From Nitrospirota bacterium (GTDB taxonomy: Bacteria; Nitrospirota; UBA9217), in contig CAVVUN010000015.1 in assembly GCA_963751455.1 (NCBI GenBank), positions 1,152,001 to 1,216,000 of the forward strand: a stretch of DNA of 64,000 nt. The letters are read 5' to 3'. Of this stretch, positions 19,440 through 29,446 are shown piece after piece; the first letter of the stretch is position 1; each line of letters starts with the position of its first letter. The notes under the pieces are model-generated. The model did not search any database and had not been told where the DNA came from. It saw only the letters and a program-made list of their open reading frames with translations. The position numbers and the translations under genes are program-made.

Positions 19440-22089
19440 TCATTTCCCGTCCAGCACGTTCCGTACTTTCTCGAGCAATTCGGACGGGATCACCGGTTTC
19501 GACAGGAAATTCACGTCTTTTTCCAGAACGCCCTGATGATTGATCATGTCGGCGGTATACCCGCTCATGAAGAGCGCCTTGACGGCGGGATATTCGCTCA
19601 CGATTCTGTCGTACGCCTTTTTCCCGTTCAACCGGGGCATGATTACGTCGAACAGAAGCAGCCGTATTTCGCCCCGGTGCTGCTTGAATCTTTCAACCGC
19701 CTCTTCGCCGTCCGCGGCTTGAACGACCCGGTAGCCAGGCATCCCGGAGCAGTGAACTGATCATCTCGCGCGACGGTTCGTCGTCTTCGGCAAGCAGTAC
19801 CGTTTCGGAACCCCGAGGGAAGTCGCGCTTATCCTCTCCGACCGGGTTTTCCGCGGCAGCGGTCGTCAGCGGAAAATATATCTGAACGTGCTCCCCTTCC
19901 CGGGTTCGCTGTATACATTGATGAAGCCGTTGTGCTGCTTGACGATTCCATAGACCATTGCAAGCCCCAGCCCTGTGCCCTTGCCGACTTCCTTGGTGGT
20001 AAAAAACGGCTCGAAGACCCTGCTCATGGTCTTGTCATCCATTCCGCAGCCGGTATCGGTCATGCAAAGGCGGGCATATGCGCCCGGAGCGCCGTATCCA
20101 TGAACCGAAATAAAGTCCCGGGTCAGCTCTATAATTTCCGTCTCGATCAGGAATCGTCCCTGGCCCGTAATGGCGTCACGCGCATTGCTCGCGATATTCA
20201 TCAGTACCTGCTCTATCTGGCCGCTGTCCGCCATGACCATGATGTCCTGCGCAGCCAGCATCGTCCGGAGCTCGACCTCCTCGCCGAGGAGCCGCAGAAG
20301 AAGATTTTCGAGGTTCCTGACAATCGCGTTGAGATCGACGGGCCGGAGCTCGATCACCTGTTTTCTGCTATAGGCCAGCATGCCGCGGGTCAGGCCGGCG
20401 GCCCGCTTGGCAGCTGCGACGATCTGCTCCAGGATGAATCGCTCCCGGGAAACTTTTTCGGTCTTTGTCGCCATCATTGATGCGTATCCTGTGATGGTGG
20501 TCAGAATATTGTTGAAATCATGCGCTACGCCGCCTGCCAGCTGGCCCACGGCTTCCATCTTCTGCGCATGCCGGAGCTGTTCCTCTACCTGCTTTCTCTT
20601 CGTCACGTCGTGGAAGAATCCGTAGGAGGCCGTGACCGATCCCTGGTGCCGCTGCGGACTGATCGTGCCTTCAGTCGAAACCGCACGGCCGTCCCTGGCC
20701 GCAAAGATCAGGCTGACCCCGTGAAAGGACTTCCCGGCCAGCGCCTCCCGGAATATCCTGGCCCCGTCCGCATGGTACCGGTCGTGGAGCACATCGAAGA
20801 CGGTCAGTCCCTCCAGTTCCTCCTGCGTGTACTGAAGGGCCGCAAGCCAGGCAGGGTTCACGAACAGGAATTTACCGTTCGCGGGATCAATGCCCTGGAT
20901 CATGTCGTGGGTATTTTCGAAGAGCGTCCGGTAACGCTCTTCAGACTGGTTCAGCGCTGACAGGTGGAGCGAGTTCTTTACGGCAACGGCCGCATTATTG
21001 CCGATCGTCTGGTACAATGCCTGCTCATCGTCGCTGAATTCGCGGCGTTCACGCGTATGACCGATCAGAGCGCCGAACACCTCGTTCTCGATCATCATCG
21101 GCACGCAGAGCGCGGAGGAAATTCCTTCGCTCTTGACGATCCGGCGGTATCTCGAACCGCTGCTCGGCTGCGAAATCGACAACCATTTCGGGCCGCTTGT
21201 TCAGGACGGCGTACGTGGACAGTCCCTGGCCTGCGACGAGCATGAAGGTGTTTACCATGGACTCGGGAAAACCCAGGGTGTCCGCGACAGTCAGCTTCTT
21301 CTTGTCTTGCGAGAGCATCATCAGTGTGGAATAATCGAGCTCCAGGATTTCTTTCGGGACGGCGACTGTTTTCCGGTAGAGCGATTTCAGGTCGGTCGTG
21401 GTCGTGATCTCCCGGGACACGGTAAGAAGGCGTTCAAGGTACCTGGTATGCGCGGAGAGCCGGTTCTCGGCCTGTTTGCGGGAAGTAATATCGCGCACGA
21501 GTTCGACGCCGCCGATGATAGTTCCGGAGGAATCCCTGAGAGGCGATGCGATGATTTCCAGGTAGACGGTGTTCGGCCCCCGCGCCACTTTTCGATCCGC
21601 GCGGTGGATCTTCCCGTCGATGAAGCATAAGGCGATCGGGCAGTCCGGGCAGACGGCATCCGATTTCGCATAGGCTTTATGGCAATACTCTCCGACGCGG
21701 CTCCCCCCGGCAAAGCTCTGATGCACCTGGTTCTGGTAGAGTACCTGGAAATCGGTGCCCTGAATGCTCATGCCGTCGCCCATCGCGGCCATGATCGCTT
21801 CGAACTTGTTCCGTTCCTCCGAGAGGCGAGCAAGATCGCGGTCGTGCTCGGCAGCAAAGCGCGTTACCAGGGAGTAGAGCATCCATGCCGTAAGCCCGAT
21901 GAAGAGAAGAGTGCTGAAGGGCTGCAGTATCAGGCGGGCGGAACCGTTGTCATCGCTAAAAAAAAGTGAATCAGCCCGGTTGAAAAGCAGAAACCAGAGA
22001 AGGGTAGTGAAGGCGTAAATGGCCGCAATCTTGAGCGGGGTAAGCTTTTTCAGAATCGAGTACGACCGTAGACCGGGATTCATCGACAT
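19440..22089 (-). CDS. Hybrid sensor histidine kinase (TM-PAS-GAF-PAS-HisKA-HATPase-REC), split by three single-base frameshifts
   Basis: Pieces 21049..22089, 19866..21182, an intermediate frame (FPL...[10 protein letters not shown]) and 19440..19742 join into one protein. Motifs [25 protein letters not shown]. Shifts near 21140, 19880 and 19737. Confidence 0.8.
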
Positions 22090-22215
22090 TTTTCACTTCC
22101 GCCAGGGGTCAGCCGTCAGCGATAGCTGAAAGGCGACTCAAAGACCATCGCGAGACATGTGATATAAAGACCGGAAAAAGAATATCACATGAGGTTTCGA
22201 AAATAAAGAGGTTTT

Positions 22216-22237
22216 AAACAGTATATATATACTGTTT
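22216..22237. promoter_or_regulatory. Perfect 22-bp palindrome, possible operator
   Basis: AAACAGTATATATATACTGTTT, about 130 bp upstream of the kinase start. Confidence 0.45.
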
Positions 22238-22244
22238 GTGTGGT

Positions 22245-23400
22245 GTGATTTGTGATTTACCCCGCAGCAGTCCCGCCTGCAGCGGACTGCTGCGGGGTCA
22301 TGTAATGCGCGGCCGCTGTTTATGGGATGCAGCGGGTTCTTGGAAAAAGCATGTGAGAAGCAAAAGAGGGTTTTAAGCTTTCCCCAGTACGAAGAACATC
22401 AATTAGGCATGCAAAGCACGGCAGAGCACCGAGCTGCCCGAAATAACAAAGGATCTTGCCTGCGGCCAGTGGTTATGAGGTACTTGATTCCCATCACGCG
22501 CTTCAAAGCGAGATGGTACGACAATGAGTCTAAGCAGTGCATAGCGCGAATACAGGCTGGACGTCATGCCAGGATGTTCAAGATTCTTGTCTTTTTTCTG
22601 CACCGCCGTTCGCAACGCCGCGCAAACATGCCAGTTTGTTTTTTTAGTTTCACTTGTCGACACGGCGTACTCATTGCGCTGAGCTCCGCACGCGCATGCA
22701 TGCTTTGTGATTTACCGACTCGTTTCCCGGTCATGTAAAGCGCGGACGTTGCTCACACCCTATACTCGCGGTTCCACTCGTAACTATCGGGTGCAGGCGG
22801 GATGCAGGGGTGTCTGGAAAAACAAACCAAACACAACAAATTTGAACTTTCCAATTTGCAATTTTCAATGTTCTGCAGTATGCAATTGCTTTGGGTTAAA
22901 AGTTTCCCTAAAACCCCGGGGCAGCTTGGTCGCGATAGCTGTGCGTCGGGCATGCCGCCATCCAATATCGATTATTGCAGGCTCAAAGGAGCACGGCCGC
23001 AGGGTAAGTGCTGCAGGGAATAACCGCAAAGTACTGTACGAAGAACGTCAATCAGGCATGCATAGCACAGCAGAGCACCGAGCTGCCCGAAAAAACCAAG
23101 GATCTTGCCTGCGGCCAGTGGTTATTAGGTCCTTGATTCCCATCACTCGCTTCTAAGCGAGATGGTACGACAATGAGTCTAAGCAGTGCATAGCGCGAAT
23201 ACAGGCTGGACGTCATGCCATGAAGTTCAGGATCCTTGTCTTTTTTCTGCAGTCCACTCACATTGCCATGCAAGCATGCTACTGTGTTATCCGGCTCTTT
23301 CTGATATAGAAGGCTACCCTCAGCCTGCGGCCAGCGTTTATGAGTGCCTAGCGCGAATGCAGGCTGCACTCACGCTTCGCTTAAAAAACGCTCCGCTGTG
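22245..23400. repeat. Largest mosaic palindromic repeat array (modules C and D with nested A and B)
   Basis: 22387-22600 recurs at 23036-23250 (period about 650). A(B) at about 22458-22558 and 23107-23207, A at 22757-22798 and 23323-23365. Confidence 0.88.
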
Positions 23401-23755
23401 CTGTCCGGCTTATTGATTTGATCATGTTTTTTCACGCATGACAAAGCACGTCAATGTTCGCGGACCGCAGCGCGCTTTTGGAACTGCAAATGCTTAACAA
23501 AGAAACAACCGCTGGAAGTTCAACACTTTACATTTTGCACTTTGAAATTTGCAATTTTCAATGTTCTTCCGTATCTCGATGTCCCTCCCCCGAACCCTTC
23601 TCTAGTCAATTGCCTCTCTCCCCCCTTGCCATATTCTGCACTTTCCTATACAATACGAATCAGTTATACGGTACTAAGTCTACTGGATTTTCGGCCGCTG
23701 ATCGCTGACAGCTGATAGCTTCTTCTCTGACACTTTGCCACTCTGACACTGTTTT

Positions 23756-24541
23756 ATGCTGAACTCAAAACCTGAACACAACTCTCAAGGCAACCCGAAC
23801 GGGTTCGTGCTTGTAGTCGACAGCGAGCCGCAGAGCCTTATTTTCACGTCCATGATCATCCAACGCCTCGGGTACCATGCCTCCTCGGCGCTTGGCGTCG
23901 GAAATGCCCTTGAGATCATAAGCGGCTCAGCGCCGGCCCTTATCGTCACCGAACTGCATTTAAAGGGTTTAAGCGGCCTCGATCTGCTGGAGCGGCTCAG
24001 GAATAAACAGGCTGCCAGCGCTATCCCGGTCGTCATAATCTTAAGGGAACTGACGCCGGAGCTCGAACAACAGTGCCGGGAGGCAGGCGCTGCTGCCTGC
24101 CTGGAGAAGCCGATCAAGGTCAATGCGCTATACCAGGCGATCCATCCGCTGCTCGAACCCGGGTCCCGCAGGAAGAACATCCGCATCGAGACCAATCTCT
24201 CCGTGACCGTTGACGGACGGCCCCTGGACTGCGTGGACGGCGAGTGCGCTGTCAATCTCTCAGTAAACGGCATGCATTTGCGGATGGCGCGTTCCTATCC
24301 AATCGATTCCTGCGTTCATGTGCGCCTGACGATCAATGAGGAAGAGATTGAGGCGGAAGCAAGGGTCGCGCACTGCCGGGCTCCGGAAAACGGGTACTCG
24401 GGCATGTGGGGCATAGGGTTGCAGTTTCTCAAGAGATCCCCGGAGGCGGGGGAGATCATCCGCAGGTTCATCAACGAGGAGGTTACGCATGGTATGGAGC
24501 CTGCGTGCGGAAGTGGCGGTCTGCCCGATCCGGATGCTTGA
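23756..24541 (+). CDS. Atypical response regulator receiver + PilZ domain protein
   Basis: VLVVDSE REC start, KP motif, RKNIR and NLSVNG PilZ motifs. Confidence 0.82.
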   Translation: MLNSKPEHNSQGNPNGFVLVVDSEPQSLIFTSMIIQRLGYHASSALGVGNALEIISGSAPALIVTELHLKGLSGLDLLERLRNKQAASAIPVVIILRELTPELEQQCREAGAAACLEKPIKVNALYQAIHPLLEPGSRRKNIRIETNLSVTVDGRPLDCVDGECAVNLSVNGMHLRMARSYPIDSCVHVRLTINEEEIEAEARVAHCRAPENGYSGMWGIGLQFLKRSPEAGEIIRRFINEEVTHGMEPACGSGGLPDPDA

Positions 24542-24740
24542 CCGCTGATTTGCTATTATTGAGAGCAATGGAAATATAAAAAGAGCAAATAATAAAGCTT
24601 GACATTTCGGCCCGGATAGGGCATCATCTGGCTCAGAAGTTCCGGATGTTCTTGCAGGCAACCGCAAAGACAGATAGACTTTGCGGCATTTTTATTGTCC
24701 TTTTCCGTCGCTTCAATTCACAAGAAGGAGGTAGCTCATC

Positions 24741-24941
24741 ATGGAGACAGGCACCGTAAAGTGGTTCAATGATTCCAAAGGTTTTGGATTCATTACCCGT
24801 GAAAAGGGCGGCGATGTGTTCGTTCATTTCGGCGACATTCAGGACAGCGGCTTCAAGTCGTTGGCCGAAGGCCAGTCAGTGCAGTTCGACGTTGTCGACT
24901 CGCCCAAAGGCCCCAAAGCATCTAATGTCGTAAAGCTGTAA
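24741..24941 (+). CDS. csp: Cold-shock protein
   Basis: [15 protein letters not shown]...DVFVHF. SD AGGAGG. TTGACA at 24599 implies a 5' UTR of about 105 nt. Confidence 0.95.
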   Translation: METGTVKWFNDSKGFGFITREKGGDVFVHFGDIQDSGFKSLAEGQSVQFDVVDSPKGPKASNVVKL

Positions 24942-24964
24942 CCGAAAAACTATCCAAGCTTTTT

Positions 24965-24998
24965 CAGGGCCCTGATTATTTCAGGGCCTGTTTTTTTT
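24965..24998 (+). terminator. Rho-independent terminator
   Basis: CAGGGCCCTGA-TTATT-TCAGGGCCTG followed by T8. Confidence 0.8.
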
Positions 24999-25171
24999 GC
25001 GCTCGATGTTGTCACCAAAAGCGGTCCAGGCGTCCTTCTTCGTATATTTTATTGCCTTTTGATTATCTCGTGTTGTTTCTTGAATGCAACTTCCTATCCG
25101 TCGGGAAGGCCAGGCGCGAACAAATATTGTTTCCGCCTCTTTCCCTGTAGCGGTGCTGTCAAGGAGAATAA

Positions 25172-25543
25172 ATGCGCAAACCGACATACAGGGAAAAGCT
25201 GGATATCGAGAGAGCGGCGCTCGTTACTGCCGGCCTCGTATCAGAGCGCTTTCCCGGGGTTTCGAATATTGAATTTCGCATGACCTATTACCGGCGGGGG
25301 TTGAATCAGGTTCTGATGACGCGTACGCTCAGTTTCTCACCCTCTGATTATGCGGGTTTTCATCTGAAATGCATGCATGATGGCTGCACGAACGGGGGAT
25401 ATGATCTTGCTCCGGTGGTTGCAGCTATGGTAAAAGCCCGCAAGAAGTCGTCCAGCGGAAAAATATTTTGTCATGGAACGAACGATACCCTGGGGCATGC
25501 GAGCATCGCCTATGAGGTAAATATTCAATACAGCAAAGGTTGA
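25172..25543 (+). CDS. Conserved hypothetical protein with possible Cys/His metal site
   Basis: 123 aa, SD AAGGAG, CMHDGC...CHG...H. Confidence 0.7.
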   Translation: MRKPTYREKLDIERAALVTAGLVSERFPGVSNIEFRMTYYRRGLNQVLMTRTLSFSPSDYAGFHLKCMHDGCTNGGYDLAPVVAAMVKARKKSSSGKIFCHGTNDTLGHASIAYEVNIQYSKG

Positions 25544-25620
25544 AACGCTTCAGACCTGTAAAAAAAACAAAGCCCGCTCATTTTCGAGAGGGCTTTTGTT
25601 GTCAAAAGGGGCAGCTGGGA

Positions 25621-25908
25621 TTATTTCGCGCCGAGAATCGCGTCTTTGGCTGCTTTGGCAACGCGGAACTTGACGACTTTTTTCGCCTTTATCTTGATGG
25701 TTTCACCGGTTGCGGGGTTTCTGCCCATACGGGCTTTCCTCTGAACGAGAACGAGCTTGCCGAGCCCGGGCAGTGTGAAGCTGTTTTTTGCTTCCTTGTA
25801 GGCGATTTGTGCGATAAAATCCAGGATGTCAGCGGCCGCCTTCTTCGTAAGTGTCGCTTGCTCTGCGAGCTTTGCTACCAACTGCGATTTCGTTAATGGC
25901 TTTGCCAT
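25621..25908 (-). CDS. hup: HU-family DNA-binding protein
   Basis: TKSQLV...LPGLGK...RKARMGRNPATGETIKIKAK..VKF. Confidence 0.95.
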   Translation of the reverse strand: MAKPLTKSQLVAKLAEQATLTKKAAADILDFIAQIAYKEAKNSFTLPGLGKLVLVQRKARMGRNPATGETIKIKAKKVVKFRVAKAAKDAILGAK

Positions 25909-25969
25909 GTATACCCCTTTCGTCGATTAGAATTGGTTGGAATTCCGTCAGTAGTAAACAATAAAAAGA

Positions 25970-26032
25970 TTACTTCTTCTTGCTCTTTGGTTTTTTTACT
26001 TCTTTTTTTGCGCCTTGCCGTGAAGCTGCCAT
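25970..26032 (-). CDS. 20-aa lysine-rich small protein (MAASRQGAKKEVKKPKSKKK)
   Basis: Perfect SD AAGGAGGTGA just upstream of ATG 26032, in the gene string ahead of hup. Confidence 0.6.
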   Translation of the reverse strand: MAASRQGAKKEVKKPKSKKK

Positions 26033-26156
26033 GCCGCATCACCTCCTTTGACCGATCAGAGTCTCTTTGCCACAGAGTACAAGAGATTAATATGCAAGCC
26101 TTTCTCTATGACCTCGGTGTCTTTGGTTTGTTATGTTTCCTGGAGGTAAATTTGCG

Positions 26157-26321
26157 TCAGACGCCGTTTTTGTCGTCCTCTCCGCCCTCGGCGCGCGGTT
26201 CCTGATTCTCAATGGGAATTATTGCGTTTTTATCAAGCTTGCGTTGTCTTTTTTCCTCGCTCTTCTTTTTCTTTGCAAGTTCCTTCTGACGCTTTTGAAA
26301 ATTAAAATTCGGTTTTCCCAC
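26157..26321 (-). CDS. Small basic hypothetical protein
   Basis: GTG start after SD AAGGAGG: GKPNFNFQKRQKELAKKKKSEEKRQRKL... Confidence 0.75.
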   Translation of the reverse strand: MGKPNFNFQKRQKELAKKKKSEEKRQRKLDKNAIIPIENQEPRAEGGEDDKNGV

Positions 26322-26435
26322 TGGATGCCTCCTTAGGAAGAAATGTTCAAACTGACCCGCCCGACAGCGGGCTGGAAGAAGGCGCATGCTTTACGGCGAT
26401 CGACGTTTGATGCAGCGGGTACCGCGTTACGGCAC

Positions 26436-26654
26436 CTACCTTCCCGGCCTCGGCGCAGAACCGGATGGCCGCGAGCGCCTGAGGAGTTTCCTCTTTCGCT
26501 TCTCCGCCTCCACCTGTTTTCTCTTTTTTTTCACCGAGGGCTTTTCGTAAAAGCGCCGTTTCTTCAGATCCCCGAACAGCCCATCAAGCTGGAGTTTCTT
26601 TTTCAGGGTCCGCAGGGCCTTTTCGATGTCCCGGGACTGGACCATTACCTCCAA
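26436..26654 (-). CDS. rpsU: 30S ribosomal protein bS21
   Basis: IEKALRTLKKK...RRFYEKPSVKKKRK. TTG start overlaps the end of the RRM gene. Confidence 0.92.
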   Translation of the reverse strand: MEVMVQSRDIEKALRTLKKKLQLDGLFGDLKKRRFYEKPSVKKKRKQVEAEKRKRKLLRRSRPSGSAPRPGR

Positions 26655-26989
26655 GATCGTTTTCCTCCGCCACCGCCGCCGTAGCCGCCGCCACCTCCGC
26701 GATTACCACCGCCGCCGCCGAACCCGGAACGTGCGCGCTCTGTCTTCGGCCGGGCCTCGTTCACCGTGATCGTCCGGTCCATGAACGATGTGCCGTTCAT
26801 CGCGGAGATCGCCTTTTCCGCGTCCTCATCCGACGCCATCTCCACGAAACCGAACCCCTTGGACCTGCCGTTGGTCTGATCGACGATCAGCGTCGCGGAC
26901 AGGACCTCTCCGATTTTCGAGAATGCCTCCCGCAAATCCTCCTCATGAGTATTGTACGAGAGATTTCCTACATAAAGTTTCTTCGCCAT
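26645..26989 (-). CDS. RRM RNA-binding protein with glycine-rich tail
   Basis: KLYVGNL (RNP2), SKGFGFVEM (RNP1), VNEARP, GGG/RGG tail, SD AGGAGG. Confidence 0.95.
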   Translation of the reverse strand: MAKKLYVGNLSYNTHEEDLREAFSKIGEVLSATLIVDQTNGRSKGFGFVEMASDEDAEKAISAMNGTSFMDRTITVNEARPKTERARSGFGGGGGNRGGGGGYGGGGGGKRSWR

Positions 26990-27521
26990 GATGCCTCCTG
27001 TGTATTTCAAGTCGCCTGACGGTCATTGCCGCACAGCGCGTTTACGTCCCTTCACAGTCACTCTGTGTCCCGTAGAAAAGCGCGGATTTCGCGTGAGGTG
27101 ACCGGCAAAGCCGCATCGTTCGCCAACCAGACATGCTGTCGCTTTTGAGTGCGAAAGGTGAGAGCGAGAGGAGTCAGTGATCGATGATAGGGCAGGGGCA
27201 TCTCTTCAGATAACCAGAGCCCATTGCCCCGTTAATGGCGTGTAGTATATTATACCCGTTTTCGCTCATTTTGCAAGGGTTTTTCGGGACTGCGTTTCAC
27301 GCGGAGGCGCGGAGTCGCGGAGGATAAATCAACAACCGGTCCTCTGTTCGGTTTATCCCAAAAAACATAAAGTTCGGCTTTTTTTTCCGATTCTCCGCGA
27401 GTTCCATGCCTCCGCGCGAGACTTTCGGTAAAAATTCGGTGAAGTCTTGCGAATTCCTCCGCGAACTCTGTTATGCGTGCATTATGGCAACAACAGGGTA
27501 CGCCTCCGCATGAGACAAGTC

Positions 27522-27941
27522 TTATTCCTCGATCGGCGTTGTAATTTGCGCTCCCTTAGGAAGCACCATGCTGACCACAACCCTCGCGGATGGGCCCCTG
27601 TTTGCGACTGAATGTACATCGCCAGGATTTTCGGTCCAGCTCTCGCCGGTTTTAACTACTCTTTCAGCGTTACCCTGTACCAGCGTCATTTCACCGCTCA
27701 GTACGGTTACGAGCACCTGCCCGCCGTGAAAATGTTTCGGAAAACCCGCGCCGGTGGGAAAATCAATTACGGCGGTGAGAAGATTGTACTCACGACCTTC
27801 GAGCAGGATAGGAAAATTAGACTGATAAACAAATATGGGACCTGGGGTCGTAGTTTCTGCCTGCGGTTCCTGGGCCGCTGCTGCGGAACCGAAGAGAAAA
27901 ACCGCGAGGATCAGCATTGGGAGTTGTTTTATCGGTTTCAT
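27522..27941 (-). CDS. Exported cupin-domain protein
   Basis: Signal peptide, PKHFHGG...VLSGE...VHSVAN. Confidence 0.85.
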   Translation of the reverse strand: MKPIKQLPMLILAVFLFGSAAAAQEPQAETTTPGPIFVYQSNFPILLEGREYNLLTAVIDFPTGAGFPKHFHGGQVLVTVLSGEMTLVQGNAERVVKTGESWTENPGDVHSVANRGPSARVVVSMVLPKGAQITTPIEE

Positions 27942-28252
27942 GGTTAACCTCCGCTAAAAGATCCATATTGTTTCTCTTTTTATTATGAACAGTGATCCTC
28001 CGAATGTCAAATCGGGATAGTCGTTGTCCGCATTAGCAGACGCTTCCATGGAAAGATAGTCAGCAGAAGAGCTGTTCCCGCACGCAAATCAGCAGCCAAT
28101 TCGCACGAAAATTCCGCGCTCAATAAGCGTCGCGCTGCATTTGACAGTTTTGAAATCTAAACTGGACCTGATCCTCCGTTGTATGCTATTCTCGTAGCAG
28201 TTATAGTCGCACTTCCGGCGCGAAAGATCGGGTCTCAGAGAGAGGACATCAT

Positions 28253-28975
28253 ATGGAACGATTGTCTAAAAATGATATATTGGCCCTGGCCTCGGCCAGC
28301 GGAAATGCATCATACTTTGATCTTGCCAGTATGAACCTGAGAGGGGTGGAACTGCTCGGCATGTGTTTCGACGGCTCGAATCTCAAAGGCGCGGACCTGT
28401 CGAGTGCCAATTTCAGCGGGTCGAGTTTCAGGAATGCGGACCTCTCCGGCTGCAACCTGGGCAACTCGAACTTTACCGGCTGCTCGTTCGTAAAAGCGCA
28501 TTTCGACAAGGCAGACCTTACCCATTCCAGCTTCGTCGGAGCGGATTTTACGGAAGCCAGCCTTACGGAAGCCAATTTTACGAACTCGATGATCTCCGGC
28601 GCCGTTTTCGAGAAGGCCGACCTCAGCCGGGCCAATATTCAGATGGTGGATGGAGCGATGATCCGGTGCAGCGGAGCAGCCATGATGAAGATCCACGCAC
28701 GGAGCGCAAGCCTGATCTGCGCGATTCTGTCCGGATGCGATTTGCGCGGCGCGAACCTCCACGGCACCGATCTCAGCAGCGCAAACCTTTCCTCCGCTGA
28801 TCTGCGGGAAGCGGACATCCTCGATGCGACGCTGACCGCGGCTGATCTCACGAATGCCGATATTCGCCAGGTCCGTCTGAAGCGGACTGACCTTACGCGC
28901 GCAAAATTCGACGGCCTGAAGCACGATGAAGAACTGCGGGAACTTATCACGCGCTTTACCGGACGGAAAGCTTAA
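28253..28975 (+). CDS. Pentapeptide-repeat protein
   Basis: Continuous A(D/N)L/Fxx repeats. Confidence 0.92.
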   Translation: MERLSKNDILALASASGNASYFDLASMNLRGVELLGMCFDGSNLKGADLSSANFSGSSFRNADLSGCNLGNSNFTGCSFVKAHFDKADLTHSSFVGADFTEASLTEANFTNSMISGAVFEKADLSRANIQMVDGAMIRCSGAAMMKIHARSASLICAILSGCDLRGANLHGTDLSSANLSSADLREADILDATLTAADLTNADIRQVRLKRTDLTRAKFDGLKHDEELRELITRFTGRKA

Positions 28976-29058
28976 CCGGAAAACGTGCAGCATAAACAGT
29001 ATAGGCCTGACTATAATGAATGTCAGCCGCCAGGAAATCATAAACATTGGGAGGACTC

Positions 29059-29262
29059 ATGGATCTGTTTGATCGGGTTGTCGGCATATTGAAGAGAACG
29101 AATGAGAAGGAAATTGCGCCCGAGGTAAAACCGGGACGCAATGAGCCGTGCTGGTGCGGCAGCGGAAAGAAGTTCAAGAAATGTCACCTTCCCGAAGAGG
29201 AAAAGAAGGCGACAGCGAACGCCTGTTCGCTTAACTGCGGCCCTGCCTGACACTCTTCATGA
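29059..29262 (+). CDS. Small SEC-C zinc-motif protein, candidate selenoprotein ([12 protein letters not shown])
   Basis: [29 protein letters not shown] 29248-29250 is followed by a SECIS-like hairpin. The gene ends at 29250 if the UGA is a true stop. Confidence 0.7.
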
Positions 29263-29292
29263 GCTGAGTTTCAGCTCGACTAACGTGAAGGG
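29251..29292 (+). promoter_or_regulatory. Bacterial SECIS-like hairpin 3
   Basis: 10 nt after the UGA: GAGCTGA-GTT-TCAGCTC. Lower stem CTCTTCA (29253-59) / TGAAGGG (29286-92). No U-tract follows. Confidence 0.6.
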
Positions 29293-29446
29293 ATGGTATT
29301 GAGGGTCCGGCCTTCTTTACTTTTTCCGTGTTCATGAACATTCCTGCCCATGCAATCTCCTGCATTGTTCTGCCGCAGCACTCTGTTGCATCAAATGTAA
29401 TTGCGGAACCACAGTAATTACCCTATAATCCTAATCCGAAAAAACA

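Noticed and set aside
22216-22237. LexA/SOS box
   Set aside because: The orientation is CAG...CTG rather than CTG...CAG, and the downstream gene is not a repair gene.
10783-23400. Repeat arrays as CRISPR
   Set aside because: Units are hundreds of bp and degenerate, there is no constant 23-47-bp repeat with uniform spacers, and there are no cas genes. The helicase nuclease domain alone is not evidence.
22322-23708. ORF-track ORFs within the repeat arrays (also 5149-5645, 10849-11554 and 63367-63576)
   Set aside because: They translate palindromic repeat DNA, lack SD sites and recognisable motifs, and their frames are not preserved between copies.
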